Virus record (IMG/VR): IMGVR_UViG_3300028571_000031
Span: 1-58,009 of that record
DNA: 58,009 nucleotides
Strand: one strand, 5' to 3'
Origin: a virus
Taxonomy: Duplodnaviria > Caudoviricetes
In this document: one piece after another, positions 24,879-34,559 of the stretch
Layout of the letters: every line of letters starts with the position of its first letter
Numbering within the stretch: position 1 is the first letter of the stretch
Translations under genes and position numbers: made by a program
The notes under the pieces: model-generated
What the model was told of the DNA's origin: nothing
What the model saw: only the letters and a program-made list of their open reading frames with translations
The model's database searches: none

Positions 24879-25841
24879 TCAGAACTGGTCAGAAAGGCAT
24901 TCGTACGCCGATTCACGCCAACCCGCGTCCACAGCCTTCTGGTAGTTGAAGCCCATGGTCTGGCGTGCGAACAGCGATCTGTACTGGCGCCAACCACGGT
25001 AGTTGCCAGACCGGTCCTGCGCAGACTCCAAAGGAGTTGCCTGATGCTCGAAAGGGCTCCAGTGCCCCGGCTCCAAGTCGGAACCAGACTCATTCCGAAG
25101 CCTATCAAACAGGTCGAGGTCTTTGCCAACATCAGGCGCTGAGCCGTCATGGTTCCGATACGACACACGAGCACAGCGGGCGACGGAGCATGCACGTTGC
25201 TGGTCAAGAGTCAGTGAAGCCTTCTCACCGTCTGTGACATAGGGGAGATGCCAACCGCCCATTGGCACTTCATTAGCAGGTTGACCGCAGTACATCAGGT
25301 CAGCCATGCGCCAAGCCATGATCCTCAGGTGAGGCTCAGCAGCAGGGTGACACCGCAATGCGAAGAAGTTATCCCAGTCCGTCGCAGACACAATCACGTC
25401 TATCGCGGAAAATGGCTCAAGAAGACGATTAGAGTTTTGCTTGTGAATTCCAAGCAGGCTCACCAACTCTTTGGCATTCTTGACGCAGCGATTCATTGTA
25501 TCAAGCCAGAGGCCACGAGCAGCGCGAATCTCGCTACCATTTTTCAAGCGGTCATCTGCCTGCATACCTTTCTGCGCCAAGCCCCAGTACAGAGGGATGG
25601 TCGGATTGGCCACCAGTTTGTCAGAAGCAGAACCCGTCGGCTCTGCCCGGCTGCTGCTAGCGGAACGGCTCAGCATACGGTGGGTCATCAATTCACTATG
25701 GATAGCTCTCCAATAGCTCAATTGATACGTTACAAGTTCAACTCCGTTGGGAGCTTTTGACCTTGAAACGATGCTAACTTTTGGACCATTGGATTCTTTG
25801 TAGAAGTCATTCGCCATTGATTGCTGTGTAGATAGTTGCAT
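24879..25841 (-). CDS. thyX: FAD-dependent thymidylate synthase
   Basis: ELMTHRMLSRSASSSRA, NFFALR, ARCARVSY and HWSPFEH motifs. Confidence 0.9.
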   Translation of the reverse strand: MQLSTQQSMANDFYKESNGPKVSIVSRSKAPNGVELVTYQLSYWRAIHSELMTHRMLSRSASSSRAEPTGSASDKLVANPTIPLYWGLAQKGMQADDRLKNGSEIRAARGLWLDTMNRCVKNAKELVSLLGIHKQNSNRLLEPFSAIDVIVSATDWDNFFALRCHPAAEPHLRIMAWRMADLMYCGQPANEVPMGGWHLPYVTDGEKASLTLDQQRACSVARCARVSYRNHDGSAPDVGKDLDLFDRLRNESGSDLEPGHWSPFEHQATPLESAQDRSGNYRGWRQYRSLFARQTMGFNYQKAVDAGWRESAYECLSDQF

Positions 25842-25873
25842 TATGTTGTCCTTAACGCTATTATGTAAGCACT

Positions 25874-28243
25874 ATGTCAGAAAACAAAAAAGACGGTATC
25901 CTTGGCTTTGAATTCAATGCCAAGCCACTAACGATGCGCGGCGCACCTCTTGTACTCACAAAGCCCAAGACTGACCGCATCGTTTCTAGATTCCAAGCAC
26001 TTCTCCCAGACCTAGATGCTCTTACGGAAAAGATCATCTCGTCAGACCTCGACCATACACAGGCTATCGAGGTACAATCAAGAGCAGATGACCTCGTGGA
26101 CTGGGCTCCCAATGTCATTGTCTGGTGCTCAGACAAGCGCTTCATTGGTATGAAGCCATTCGCCAAGCAAGCTGAGATTCTCCTGCTCCTATTCGAGGAG
26201 TTCTGCCCCAAGTGTTCAGACGTCAAGTACGTCACGAACATCCCCACCACGGATACGATTGAAACAATCATGTCGAAGGTGGCACTGCTGGAGTTCGGTG
26301 TTTGCCCACACTGCGGTTACACAAAAGGGCAGGGTAGGCTCGACGGATACTTCGTTGACCCCATCGAACTGATTGCTGTCGTGGGTCAGAGATCAGGTAA
26401 GAGCGCTCTAGCCAGTCTTGCGATTTCGTACCTAGTTCATAGGAATCTGCACCTCAGGTCACCATGGCAGGCGTATGGTTTGACCCCCGGTCAGGTCATC
26501 GACTTCACCATCGTCGCCACAACCGCTGGTCAGGCCGACAAGACCTTGTGGTCAACATTCAAAGGCATCTTTGCCGAGAGCCACTGGTTCCGGCAGTACA
26601 AGGCTGTCTGCGACGAAGAGGGTAAGAAGCACGGGGTGAAGGAGACAATCAAGGTCTCCGAAACGTCCATCAGCTTCGAGCACAAGAGCATGCTCATCTA
26701 CTTCGCTGCCAACAACCCAGCTGGTCTACGTGGTACAACTCGTTTCGGCGCAGCCATCGACGAGCTTGGTTGGTTCGGCGACGCAGGTGAATCGGGTACC
26801 AAGAAGGTTCGTTCGAACGGCCCAGAGACACACTCAGCACTGAGCAATGCTTGCCTGACGCTACGTGGTGCCTTCGATGACGTCAGGGCATTGAACGCGA
26901 ACACGAACATCCCCGTACCACTGATGTTCAACATCTCGTCACCACGCGCCATGAATGACCCAATCATGACAGCGTACCGTGAGCTTGCAGGTGACAAACG
27001 GGTCATCCGTCGCCACTACGCAACCTATGAGTTTACTCCCAAGTTCCCAAAGGAAAGGCTCACACGCGAGCTATCCACTCCAAACGGAGTACGAGACTTC
27101 GCAGCACAGCCTCCCATCACGGATGACCCGCTGTTCCAGCGCATCCATGTTGTCACCGACTGCTTCAAATCACCCCTAGCGACCGACTCACGCTACGCCA
27201 CAGCACTCAAGCCAACGACCACTGGCTTCGTTGACGATCTAGAAGTTCCATCTGGTCGGCAGACCATCTCGTATATCACAGCTGGTATCAACGATACCCT
27301 TGGCCTGTTTGATTATGACGCGATGAAGCAAATCATAACGTCAGACCCCGAGGCATGGGAAGCTCTTGGCCCTCTTCAATCAGTCTTCCTAGACATCGCA
27401 ATGAAGCCGCCAAGCAGACGCCCACACATCATGGGTGTCGACCTTGGAACGAAGAACAATGCACTGGCTGTTGTCTGCGGTTATCTCACCACCGACAAGT
27501 CCAAATTCATCACCGACTTCGCCCTAGAAGTGAAACCGTCACAGTCTCGGTCGGTGAACTTGGCGGATGTCTTCGACAAGCTGATCGTCGCCCTCGTTGA
27601 GAAACTCAACGTGGTGGCTGTGTTCTACGATACTTGGCAGTCGATCCATCAGATTCAAACCTTGTCGCAGAGGTTCGGTTCTCTCGGCCCCCTCAACTCA
27701 GCAAGTGAAAGACGGAAGTGGCTGAAGGACCTGAGGGACCGCAACGAGAAGCCCAAGTTTCTCGCCGACCACTACAGCCTCAATGTGCCTGATGCCAACA
27801 TGCTGGTGGCCAGAATGGAGCAGGGTGATTGCCTGTTCCCGGCCATGGAGGTTGGAATCACAGAGCTACTGGTCAACAAATCACTCGACCCAGTTGCCTA
27901 CCCGTATGACCAGCTTGCACTGCAGCTTGCAACTGTTCGAGTTCGTGGTGCTCGTCTCCTGAAACCAATTGGTGGAGACGATGACATGTTCCGTGCTTGG
28001 GCCAATGCTGCCGTCAAGGCTTTCACAGATGACAGTGTCATTGACCTGTTGTCGCAAAACCTTGGCTCCAAGAGCACGAACACGAGACCAGTTGGCCATT
28101 CACGGGAGAGCTACGTGGCCCTCTCACAAACAGGCAAGGGCCTAAGAAGATCAGGAAATCTCTCAAATGGTGCACTCTCAGGGAGCAACACCACAATCGG
28201 CAACATGCCTCTGGTCGTTCGGAGAGGCAACAAGGGTAAATGA
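25874..28243 (+). CDS. terL: terminase large subunit
   Basis: Walker A VGQRSGKS, Walker B AAIDE, ISSP coupling motif, nuclease GVDLG...DDD; position before the portal. Confidence 0.88.
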   Translation: MSENKKDGILGFEFNAKPLTMRGAPLVLTKPKTDRIVSRFQALLPDLDALTEKIISSDLDHTQAIEVQSRADDLVDWAPNVIVWCSDKRFIGMKPFAKQAEILLLLFEEFCPKCSDVKYVTNIPTTDTIETIMSKVALLEFGVCPHCGYTKGQGRLDGYFVDPIELIAVVGQRSGKSALASLAISYLVHRNLHLRSPWQAYGLTPGQVIDFTIVATTAGQADKTLWSTFKGIFAESHWFRQYKAVCDEEGKKHGVKETIKVSETSISFEHKSMLIYFAANNPAGLRGTTRFGAAIDELGWFGDAGESGTKKVRSNGPETHSALSNACLTLRGAFDDVRALNANTNIPVPLMFNISSPRAMNDPIMTAYRELAGDKRVIRRHYATYEFTPKFPKERLTRELSTPNGVRDFAAQPPITDDPLFQRIHVVTDCFKSPLATDSRYATALKPTTTGFVDDLEVPSGRQTISYITAGINDTLGLFDYDAMKQIITSDPEAWEALGPLQSVFLDIAMKPPSRRPHIMGVDLGTKNNALAVVCGYLTTDKSKFITDFALEVKPSQSRSVNLADVFDKLIVALVEKLNVVAVFYDTWQSIHQIQTLSQRFGSLGPLNSASERRKWLKDLRDRNEKPKFLADHYSLNVPDANMLVARMEQGDCLFPAMEVGITELLVNKSLDPVAYPYDQLALQLATVRVRGARLLKPIGGDDDMFRAWANAAVKAFTDDSVIDLLSQNLGSKSTNTRPVGHSRESYVALSQTGKGLRRSGNLSNGALSGSNTTIGNMPLVVRRGNKGK

Positions 28244-28244
28244 C

Positions 28245-28712
28245 ATGAAGAAGGATACTTTCGAGAACCTATGGGCAAATATCCTTTCTGCCAAAGCAGC
28301 CTCTGCTGGAGTCTCTGACGGCGACCTTGATGAGGTCAGGTCCAGCGTGAAGAACGCGCTTGTGTCAGCCGGTTGGGTTGAGTCCAGTGGTGCCTGCAGC
28401 TTCCTGTCCAACACCGACAAGGGTAACTGTCTCACTGCAGCTGCAGAGCAGATCCAGCGTGTTGCCCCCAACCTCGTGAACAACCGCAAGGTCACCCGCA
28501 TGCAGGTGATGAGTGCCTCAGCAACAACAGACTTCGCACCAAACAATGCAGTTAGTGCGTCACTACCCGGTATGGCAAAGATAGGAGATAGGTGCAGCAA
28601 GTGCTCTGGCACCATGGATGTAGTTGGACTCGTCAACGATAGAGCAGGTTTGTATTGCTCACGTGATCGCGTTGTGCTTCCATTGCCATCTGGCACATCT
28701 CTGAAGCCATGA
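28245..28712 (+). CDS. head-module protein with a C-terminal zinc ribbon
   Basis: CSKC...YCSRDRVVLP; located between terL and the portal. Confidence 0.65.
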   Translation: MKKDTFENLWANILSAKAASAGVSDGDLDEVRSSVKNALVSAGWVESSGACSFLSNTDKGNCLTAAAEQIQRVAPNLVNNRKVTRMQVMSASATTDFAPNNAVSASLPGMAKIGDRCSKCSGTMDVVGLVNDRAGLYCSRDRVVLPLPSGTSLKP

Positions 28713-28728
28713 CCTCAAGGAATACAAC

Positions 28729-30696
28729 ATGATGAAAATCGGACGCAGGCAACGTGTCCTAGCGAATGCCCTTGGAAGTGTGCAGAGACCTTATATGGCA
28801 AGACCATCTAAGGACACGAGTACCAGCAACGTTCTGTCGGCGATGAAGTCGCGAATGGGTATGGTATCTGACGGTGACGGGCAGTCAGTAGCTGCTCATT
28901 TCCACCAGAAGATTGACACAAACCCAAACCAAGTTTCTGGGTCATCAAACGTCGTCTCGGCTGAGATGAACGGCTCCACTGGCTTTGGCGGCAACAACGC
29001 CAAGGTCGACCGATTCAATCCAATCTTTGACGACCTATCTAGGGGAACAGTTGCTGAGGACTGGATTCCACGTGACCCAAGACTCCAGAACAGAATGTTC
29101 CGGATGATGTTCGCACGCGATGAAATAGCTGGTCCTGTCGTCGAAACAATCTCTGAACTTGTATGGTCAGACTTCGACATCACCGGTATTCGTGATCCTG
29201 CCATCCGTGGCACTTACGAAGCGGCGAAAGATGCAGTGAAGGTTGACAGATACCTGCCAGAGATCACCAAAGAATATCTGGTGATCGGCAGGTCAGTTAT
29301 CCAGCTTGTTCTCGATCCAACCGCTGGTATCTGGACCGACTTGGTGATTCAGGACTCCGACTACCTCAAAGTAGGTATGATTCCGAGAACTGGATTCATG
29401 CCCAAGATCGACGTACTTCCTTCACCTGAGCTTCAGGCGTTTGCGAGGTCGCAGGACCCACGTGACCTTGATGCCAAGCGTGGTTTGCCGAAGTCGATGC
29501 TGGATCAGTTCGCACAGAACCAACCAGTCCCCCTCGACCCGAAGACAACTGCCTACCTGCCCCGGCGCTCATTCTTCAATGACGTCTTCGGCACGTCTTT
29601 CTACGTTCGCAACATCCCTTTCTGGGGTCTGCAGAAGGCGATGATCAATGCCACCCTGACCGGCTACCGCCGTCGGGCTGGACCAATCACGCAAATTGCT
29701 GTGGGCTCTGAGGACTGGGAACCAACACCAGAACAGATTGATGCACTGGTGTCTGCCTACACGGCAGCTGAAGAAGACTCAGTGTCGTCCACAATCGGTA
29801 CGAGGTACGACGTTGCCTTCAACCAGATTCGTGGTGGCCTGAACGAGATGTGGAAGTGGTCCGATGAGTTTGCCTTCCTGAAGGAAGCCAAGCTGGCCAT
29901 GTTCGGTGTATCAGAGCTTCTGATCACGGGTGAATACAACATCGACACGACCACAGCACCTACCGTTTTCCTTGAGCGGTTGAAGGCACACCGTCGCTAC
30001 ATCGTGGAGGGCTTCTTGATGCAGAAGTTCTTCAGGTCGCTGGCTGTCGTACACGACTTCCGTCAGCGTACTCCTGCCGAGCTTGCTCACCGTATTCGCA
30101 TCGATAACGACGAACGTGACCTCATCCTGCCGACGCTCAACTTCCACCGCAATCTAGATGCTGCCGCTGACTCTGCTCGCGTCGACCTTCTAGACAAGAT
30201 GGAAGAGAAAGGGCTGTACGTACCAAGGGGCGAGTGGAACCGTGCTCTGGGTGGTGGCGACCTCATGGCCCGTATGAAGAACGCAGCTGAGGACCTTGAG
30301 ATGAAGCTTCAGTCGATGAAGCTCACCAAGCTCCAGCAGCAGGTTGAAGCTCTCACGAAGAGCGCTGGAACTGAAGAGAAACTGAAGGAGAAGGTTGAGG
30401 ATTTGATCAAGGAAGTCCGGTCGGTCAAGTTCGCTCAGGACCGTACCCCTGATGATATTGCGATGATGGACGACGATAGCAAGGAGCGAGCAGCAGACCT
30501 CGCTGACGGCTATGACGAGCCAGCCACCACTCAGTCTGAGAACACGAAGGCACCGACACAGCACTTCAGTTCTGGCTCTGTGTATGTTCCTACGGACACG
30601 AAGGTCAGGGGTACCTTTGACCAAGACGCCCAGATTGACCGTACAACGGCCAACCGGGATTCGGCCACACTCTCCAGTGTGGGGAAAGTGGGCTGA
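28729..30696 (+). CDS. portal protein
   Basis: Size and position between terminase and protease; portal-like helical pattern. Confidence 0.75.
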   Translation: MMKIGRRQRVLANALGSVQRPYMARPSKDTSTSNVLSAMKSRMGMVSDGDGQSVAAHFHQKIDTNPNQVSGSSNVVSAEMNGSTGFGGNNAKVDRFNPIFDDLSRGTVAEDWIPRDPRLQNRMFRMMFARDEIAGPVVETISELVWSDFDITGIRDPAIRGTYEAAKDAVKVDRYLPEITKEYLVIGRSVIQLVLDPTAGIWTDLVIQDSDYLKVGMIPRTGFMPKIDVLPSPELQAFARSQDPRDLDAKRGLPKSMLDQFAQNQPVPLDPKTTAYLPRRSFFNDVFGTSFYVRNIPFWGLQKAMINATLTGYRRRAGPITQIAVGSEDWEPTPEQIDALVSAYTAAEEDSVSSTIGTRYDVAFNQIRGGLNEMWKWSDEFAFLKEAKLAMFGVSELLITGEYNIDTTTAPTVFLERLKAHRRYIVEGFLMQKFFRSLAVVHDFRQRTPAELAHRIRIDNDERDLILPTLNFHRNLDAAADSARVDLLDKMEEKGLYVPRGEWNRALGGGDLMARMKNAAEDLEMKLQSMKLTKLQQQVEALTKSAGTEEKLKEKVEDLIKEVRSVKFAQDRTPDDIAMMDDDSKERAADLADGYDEPATTQSENTKAPTQHFSSGSVYVPTDTKVRGTFDQDAQIDRTTANRDSATLSSVGKVG

Positions 30697-30724
30697 ATGA
30701 TGGGAGAGGAAGTCATGCTTGATC

Positions 30725-31543
30725 ATGACAATCTCTCCCATCATCCTCACTGGTCCTGAAACGGGTTTGATCTCGGCCTCACTAGAGATCGATAACCACA
30801 TTGTTCGTGGTTATGCTGAGCACATCTCGTCAAAGGAGAGCTTCCGTCTGAACTATGACCGTTCAGATAACGGTCGGCTTCTGATGGCTGATGCATCAGT
30901 CGTTGACAACAAGTTCCCAGTTGATGTGAGTTGGTTGCCTGCTGCTGCTGAGCAGTACTGCATCTCCTCTGACATCCGTGACTACGTGATTGCTGAGGTA
31001 CCTATCGTCGAAGGCGACGTACCCAATCGCAACATGGATTGCTTCCTGACCAGCAGGCTCGTTGCATTCAACACCAAGTTCGGGATGCAGACCTATAAGA
31101 CCTTCGTCGGCAAGCCAGTGTTCTATGAGCACCAGCACGATGATCACACCAAGGCCAAGGGAGTCATCCTTGACGCTTCGATGCGTGAGGTTGGTGGACG
31201 CTGGTATGTGACCATCCTCAAAGCCTTCGACCGTACGAAGGACAAAGCTCTGGCTGAGGACGTCCTGTCTGGTCGCCGCCGTGGTCACTCGATGTCGGCT
31301 TGGACCAACAACATGGACTGCTCTGTTTGCGGTCATCGTTGGGACACCAGCTACACCCAAGCCTGTGACTGCATGAAGGGAGACCCTCGTGAGCGCGTTC
31401 AGGGTCGCTTCTCTGGCAAGGGCAAGATCATGAATGGGCAGCTTTGCTACGATGCCGTAGAGAACTTCTCATTCTTCGAGTCGTCAAGCGTTGGTGACCC
31501 AGCCAACTACGGTGCTTTTCAGCAGCAGCAGACGACATTCTGA
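30725..31543 (+). CDS. prohead maturation protease
   Basis: PNRNMD, FVGKPVFYEH, SMS, CSVCGH and FFESSSVGDPA motifs. Confidence 0.82.
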   Translation: MTISPIILTGPETGLISASLEIDNHIVRGYAEHISSKESFRLNYDRSDNGRLLMADASVVDNKFPVDVSWLPAAAEQYCISSDIRDYVIAEVPIVEGDVPNRNMDCFLTSRLVAFNTKFGMQTYKTFVGKPVFYEHQHDDHTKAKGVILDASMREVGGRWYVTILKAFDRTKDKALAEDVLSGRRRGHSMSAWTNNMDCSVCGHRWDTSYTQACDCMKGDPRERVQGRFSGKGKIMNGQLCYDAVENFSFFESSSVGDPANYGAFQQQQTTF

Positions 31544-31546
31544 CCT

Positions 31547-32167
31547 GTGAATAGAAAGACTTTTGCCCTCCTACTTGGAGGTAAGTTCCTGCTGTGGAAT
31601 GTGGTGCGCATAAACGCATACACCATGTTCTACAACAAGAATATGTCCAAGGAGCTAAAGGACAAAAGCTACGACGAACTTCTTGCCCTCTTTGAGAAGG
31701 GGGACAAGCAGGTTCCAGACTACCTCGTGAAGTCAGTCACTCAGCTCTCTAATGACGAGAAAGCTCTCATTAGAGAGGAGTTTCACGCGACATTCAACTT
31801 CCCAGTTATGTACATGATGCGGTGGATGCGTGACCCACGGATGCTGGATGGGTGTGACACTCGCCCCATGGAGGGTATTCGTACCCGGCAGCGCCTGATG
31901 GAGCTAGCACACATGAAGACGACAGCTAGCGTCGATGGGACTGGTTGGAACAAGAGGTTCTACCAAACTGCACGTGAGTGCGTTTTTGTGTACAGAAATG
32001 TAATCAAAAGAGGAGTAGTCGACTACAAGATATGGGCACTGCTCCGTAACTTCGGTTACGACTGGACACGTGCAACGAAAATCCTGCCGATGAACTCTTT
32101 GCCCATAAAAGTAAAGATGGAAGCAGAGTCGCAAAGACTCAGGCATCAAAAAGCAGGCAAACGTTAG
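31547..32167 (+). CDS. hypothetical head-module protein
   Basis: Abuts the protease gene. Confidence 0.6.
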   Translation: MNRKTFALLLGGKFLLWNVVRINAYTMFYNKNMSKELKDKSYDELLALFEKGDKQVPDYLVKSVTQLSNDEKALIREEFHATFNFPVMYMMRWMRDPRMLDGCDTRPMEGIRTRQRLMELAHMKTTASVDGTGWNKRFYQTARECVFVYRNVIKRGVVDYKIWALLRNFGYDWTRATKILPMNSLPIKVKMEAESQRLRHQKAGKR

Positions 32168-32322
32168 GCCGGGTTCTAAACCTGTCCATGTAGTCCCTTA
32201 GGCTACGCAATTGAAGCTTGCAGCTAATTCTAACAGCGCCTGACGTTCAACGATACAGGTAAGACCCTAAAAGCAAGCAGGCTTCTTAACCAGTGAAGAG
32301 ATTCACTAAAGGCAGACAGACC

Positions 32323-33636
32323 ATGGCAAAGGCAACGACCCCCAATCTTCTTGTAGCTTCGCACAACGTGCTGAAGCTTGCTGCTGAGCGCCGTGAGCGC
32401 ATGGCAGGCCGCACCACAACTGCTACCGCGACCAAGACCGCGAAGCCTGCCGCGAAGCCTGCAAAGGTCGCTGCTGCTCCTGTCGTCGAAGCGCCCAAGG
32501 CCAAGGCTGATGAGCCTGCCGTCGCTGCTCCTGCTGCCCCTGCTGTCGAAGCAGCTGCTGTGAAGGCCGTTGAGAACGGTGGCTTCGCTGAGGACATGAA
32601 GGTCGTCAAGGACTCTGAAGTCGACACCGGTTCTGAGGACTGGGGTGTTCACATCCCACCCGAGATCGAGACCGAAGTCGAAGACGGCAAGGAAGAGACC
32701 GAAGACATGCCACTCCCCGGCATCATGATTCCTGAAGGTCTCGAAGACTCGGTCATGGCTGTTGCCGACCCCGCCGTCTTCACCGGTGACACCGAAGTTC
32801 GCTTCGACCTCACTCCCTTCGTTCCTGCTTCCTGCAAGACCACTCAGGACATCCTGACCGCTGGTGCTCACTGGGTGCTCTTCGCGAATGGTGACCCACT
32901 CGCCAAGATCTCCCTGAAGGATCAGGAGCACGCTGCCCAGATCGTTGCTCACTTCGTGAGTGCCGACTTCGCCCGCTCCATCATGGACGGTATCTCGAAG
33001 CGTGGCTTGACCGAGACCCTCTCCGCTGTGAAGGCCAAGGCGTACGTCGCCAAGGTCGACGAAGCCAAGAAGGTCAAGGAGATCAAGGCCAAGCTTGAGT
33101 CCTCTGCTGAAGAGTCTCTGCGTCAGCGCATTGCCTCCATCAAGGCCAAGTACGTCGAGAACATCGGTCTCGTGCTTGAAGCGTCCTCGAACAACTTCAT
33201 CGTTGAGAACTCCGTGAAGGATGCCCTCATCGCTGGCATGTCGAGCCTCGGTATCCCCGAAGCCACCGCTGCCCAGATGGCAGACGACGTGTTCTTCCAG
33301 TACGGTCAGAAGACCATCGCTGGATTCCTCGACAAGGCCGAAGCTTGGAGCAACACCAGCCCCGAAGCTATCCGCGAAATCAAGGCTGCAATGCAGTCCG
33401 CTGGTCGTCGCTCGCGTCCCCTGCCCAGCGCCCTCGGTGCTGCACACACGAACCCGAACTACAACCAGAGCCTCGCCAACCAGATGGCTGCCTCCGCAGT
33501 TCCTGTCGTGTCGTCGTCCAACAGTGAGTCCACCATCAGCGCTTCGCTGCGTGTGAACTCTCAGGTTCCAGTCGAAAGCAGCAAGAAGGATGACCTTCGT
33601 GCTCGCATCGGTCGCTTCAGCCTCAGCAACGGCTGA
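32323..33636 (+). CDS. putative capsid scaffolding or core protein
   Basis: Ala/Lys/Glu-rich helical protein with strong codon bias, between the protease and capsid genes. Confidence 0.6.
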   Translation: MAKATTPNLLVASHNVLKLAAERRERMAGRTTTATATKTAKPAAKPAKVAAAPVVEAPKAKADEPAVAAPAAPAVEAAAVKAVENGGFAEDMKVVKDSEVDTGSEDWGVHIPPEIETEVEDGKEETEDMPLPGIMIPEGLEDSVMAVADPAVFTGDTEVRFDLTPFVPASCKTTQDILTAGAHWVLFANGDPLAKISLKDQEHAAQIVAHFVSADFARSIMDGISKRGLTETLSAVKAKAYVAKVDEAKKVKEIKAKLESSAEESLRQRIASIKAKYVENIGLVLEASSNNFIVENSVKDALIAGMSSLGIPEATAAQMADDVFFQYGQKTIAGFLDKAEAWSNTSPEAIREIKAAMQSAGRRSRPLPSALGAAHTNPNYNQSLANQMAASAVPVVSSSNSESTISASLRVNSQVPVESSKKDDLRARIGRFSLSNG

Positions 33637-33729
33637 GGGGTTTGGCCTCTACCTCTAGGCAAAGACTACTCGCACTCTAACTCAACAAACCCTTCACCCT
33701 GACTGGGTGACTCTCAAAGGAAAAAGACA

Positions 33730-34482
33730 ATGGCTCTAAATCGTAACGAATCCATCATCGAGCACCAGATCGATGTTGCTCTTGACCCCGCCTACGTTGG
33801 TCTGCTTGAGACCGGCATGGTCATGGTCGCTGCTGCAGCTGTCGGTCCCGACGGCGAACAGCTTGCTACCCCCTGCACCGGTGCTGGTGGCGAAGTCGTT
33901 CTCGGTGTTCTGAAGCTCTCTGAGAACTCTCAGGCTTCCGTTCCCGTGATCGAAGTCCTCGACTTCCCCACGACCCCTGCTGCTCTGACGCTCACCCTTC
34001 GTGAGTTGCCCGCCGACATCACCAGCATCCGTGCCTTCAACCTCACCACTGGTGCGGATGTCACAGTTGTTACTGTTGCCCCCGGTGCTGGTCAGATCGG
34101 TATCGTCCTCGCAACTGGCGTGTGCACTGGCGCAGCCGCGCTGAGCGCACAGCAGGTTCGTTTCACGTACCGCTTCAACATCACCGCGCAGGAGCTTGCT
34201 CGTCGTGGTGGTCGCCGTAGCGTGAACATGGGCGCTGAGCGCGTGTTCAACCGTGTCACGATTCTCCGTGGCGACTGCAAGCTGATGCTGTCGAACTTCT
34301 CGTGCGATCAGGCAAACGCGAAGTTCGCTCCCTCGGTGACTGCAAACTGCGGTGCTGGTGGTACCCTCACCACAGCAGCTGGTGGTACCGCTGTCGGCAA
34401 GGTCTTCCAAGCTCCAATCATGAAGCTGACCCCCGGCATCGAGCAGGCGTTCATCGGCATCGCGGCCAACCTCGGCGCGTGA
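33730..34482 (+). CDS. putative head decoration or structural protein
   Basis: Gly/Ala/Thr-rich beta protein with high-expression codon bias, upstream of the major capsid gene. Confidence 0.6.
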   Translation: MALNRNESIIEHQIDVALDPAYVGLLETGMVMVAAAAVGPDGEQLATPCTGAGGEVVLGVLKLSENSQASVPVIEVLDFPTTPAALTLTLRELPADITSIRAFNLTTGADVTVVTVAPGAGQIGIVLATGVCTGAAALSAQQVRFTYRFNITAQELARRGGRRSVNMGAERVFNRVTILRGDCKLMLSNFSCDQANAKFAPSVTANCGAGGTLTTAAGGTAVGKVFQAPIMKLTPGIEQAFIGIAANLGA

Positions 34483-34487
34483 ACCGT

Positions 34488-34524
34488 AAAGGGAGCGGAG
34501 TAGAGATACTCCGCTCCCTTTGTT
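34488..34524 (+). terminator. intrinsic terminator
   Basis: AAAGGGAGCGGAGTA-GAGA-TACTCCGCTCCCTTT. Confidence 0.85.
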
Positions 34525-34559
34525 CTCTTGTTCGCTCATACATTTCTGGAGTTACCATC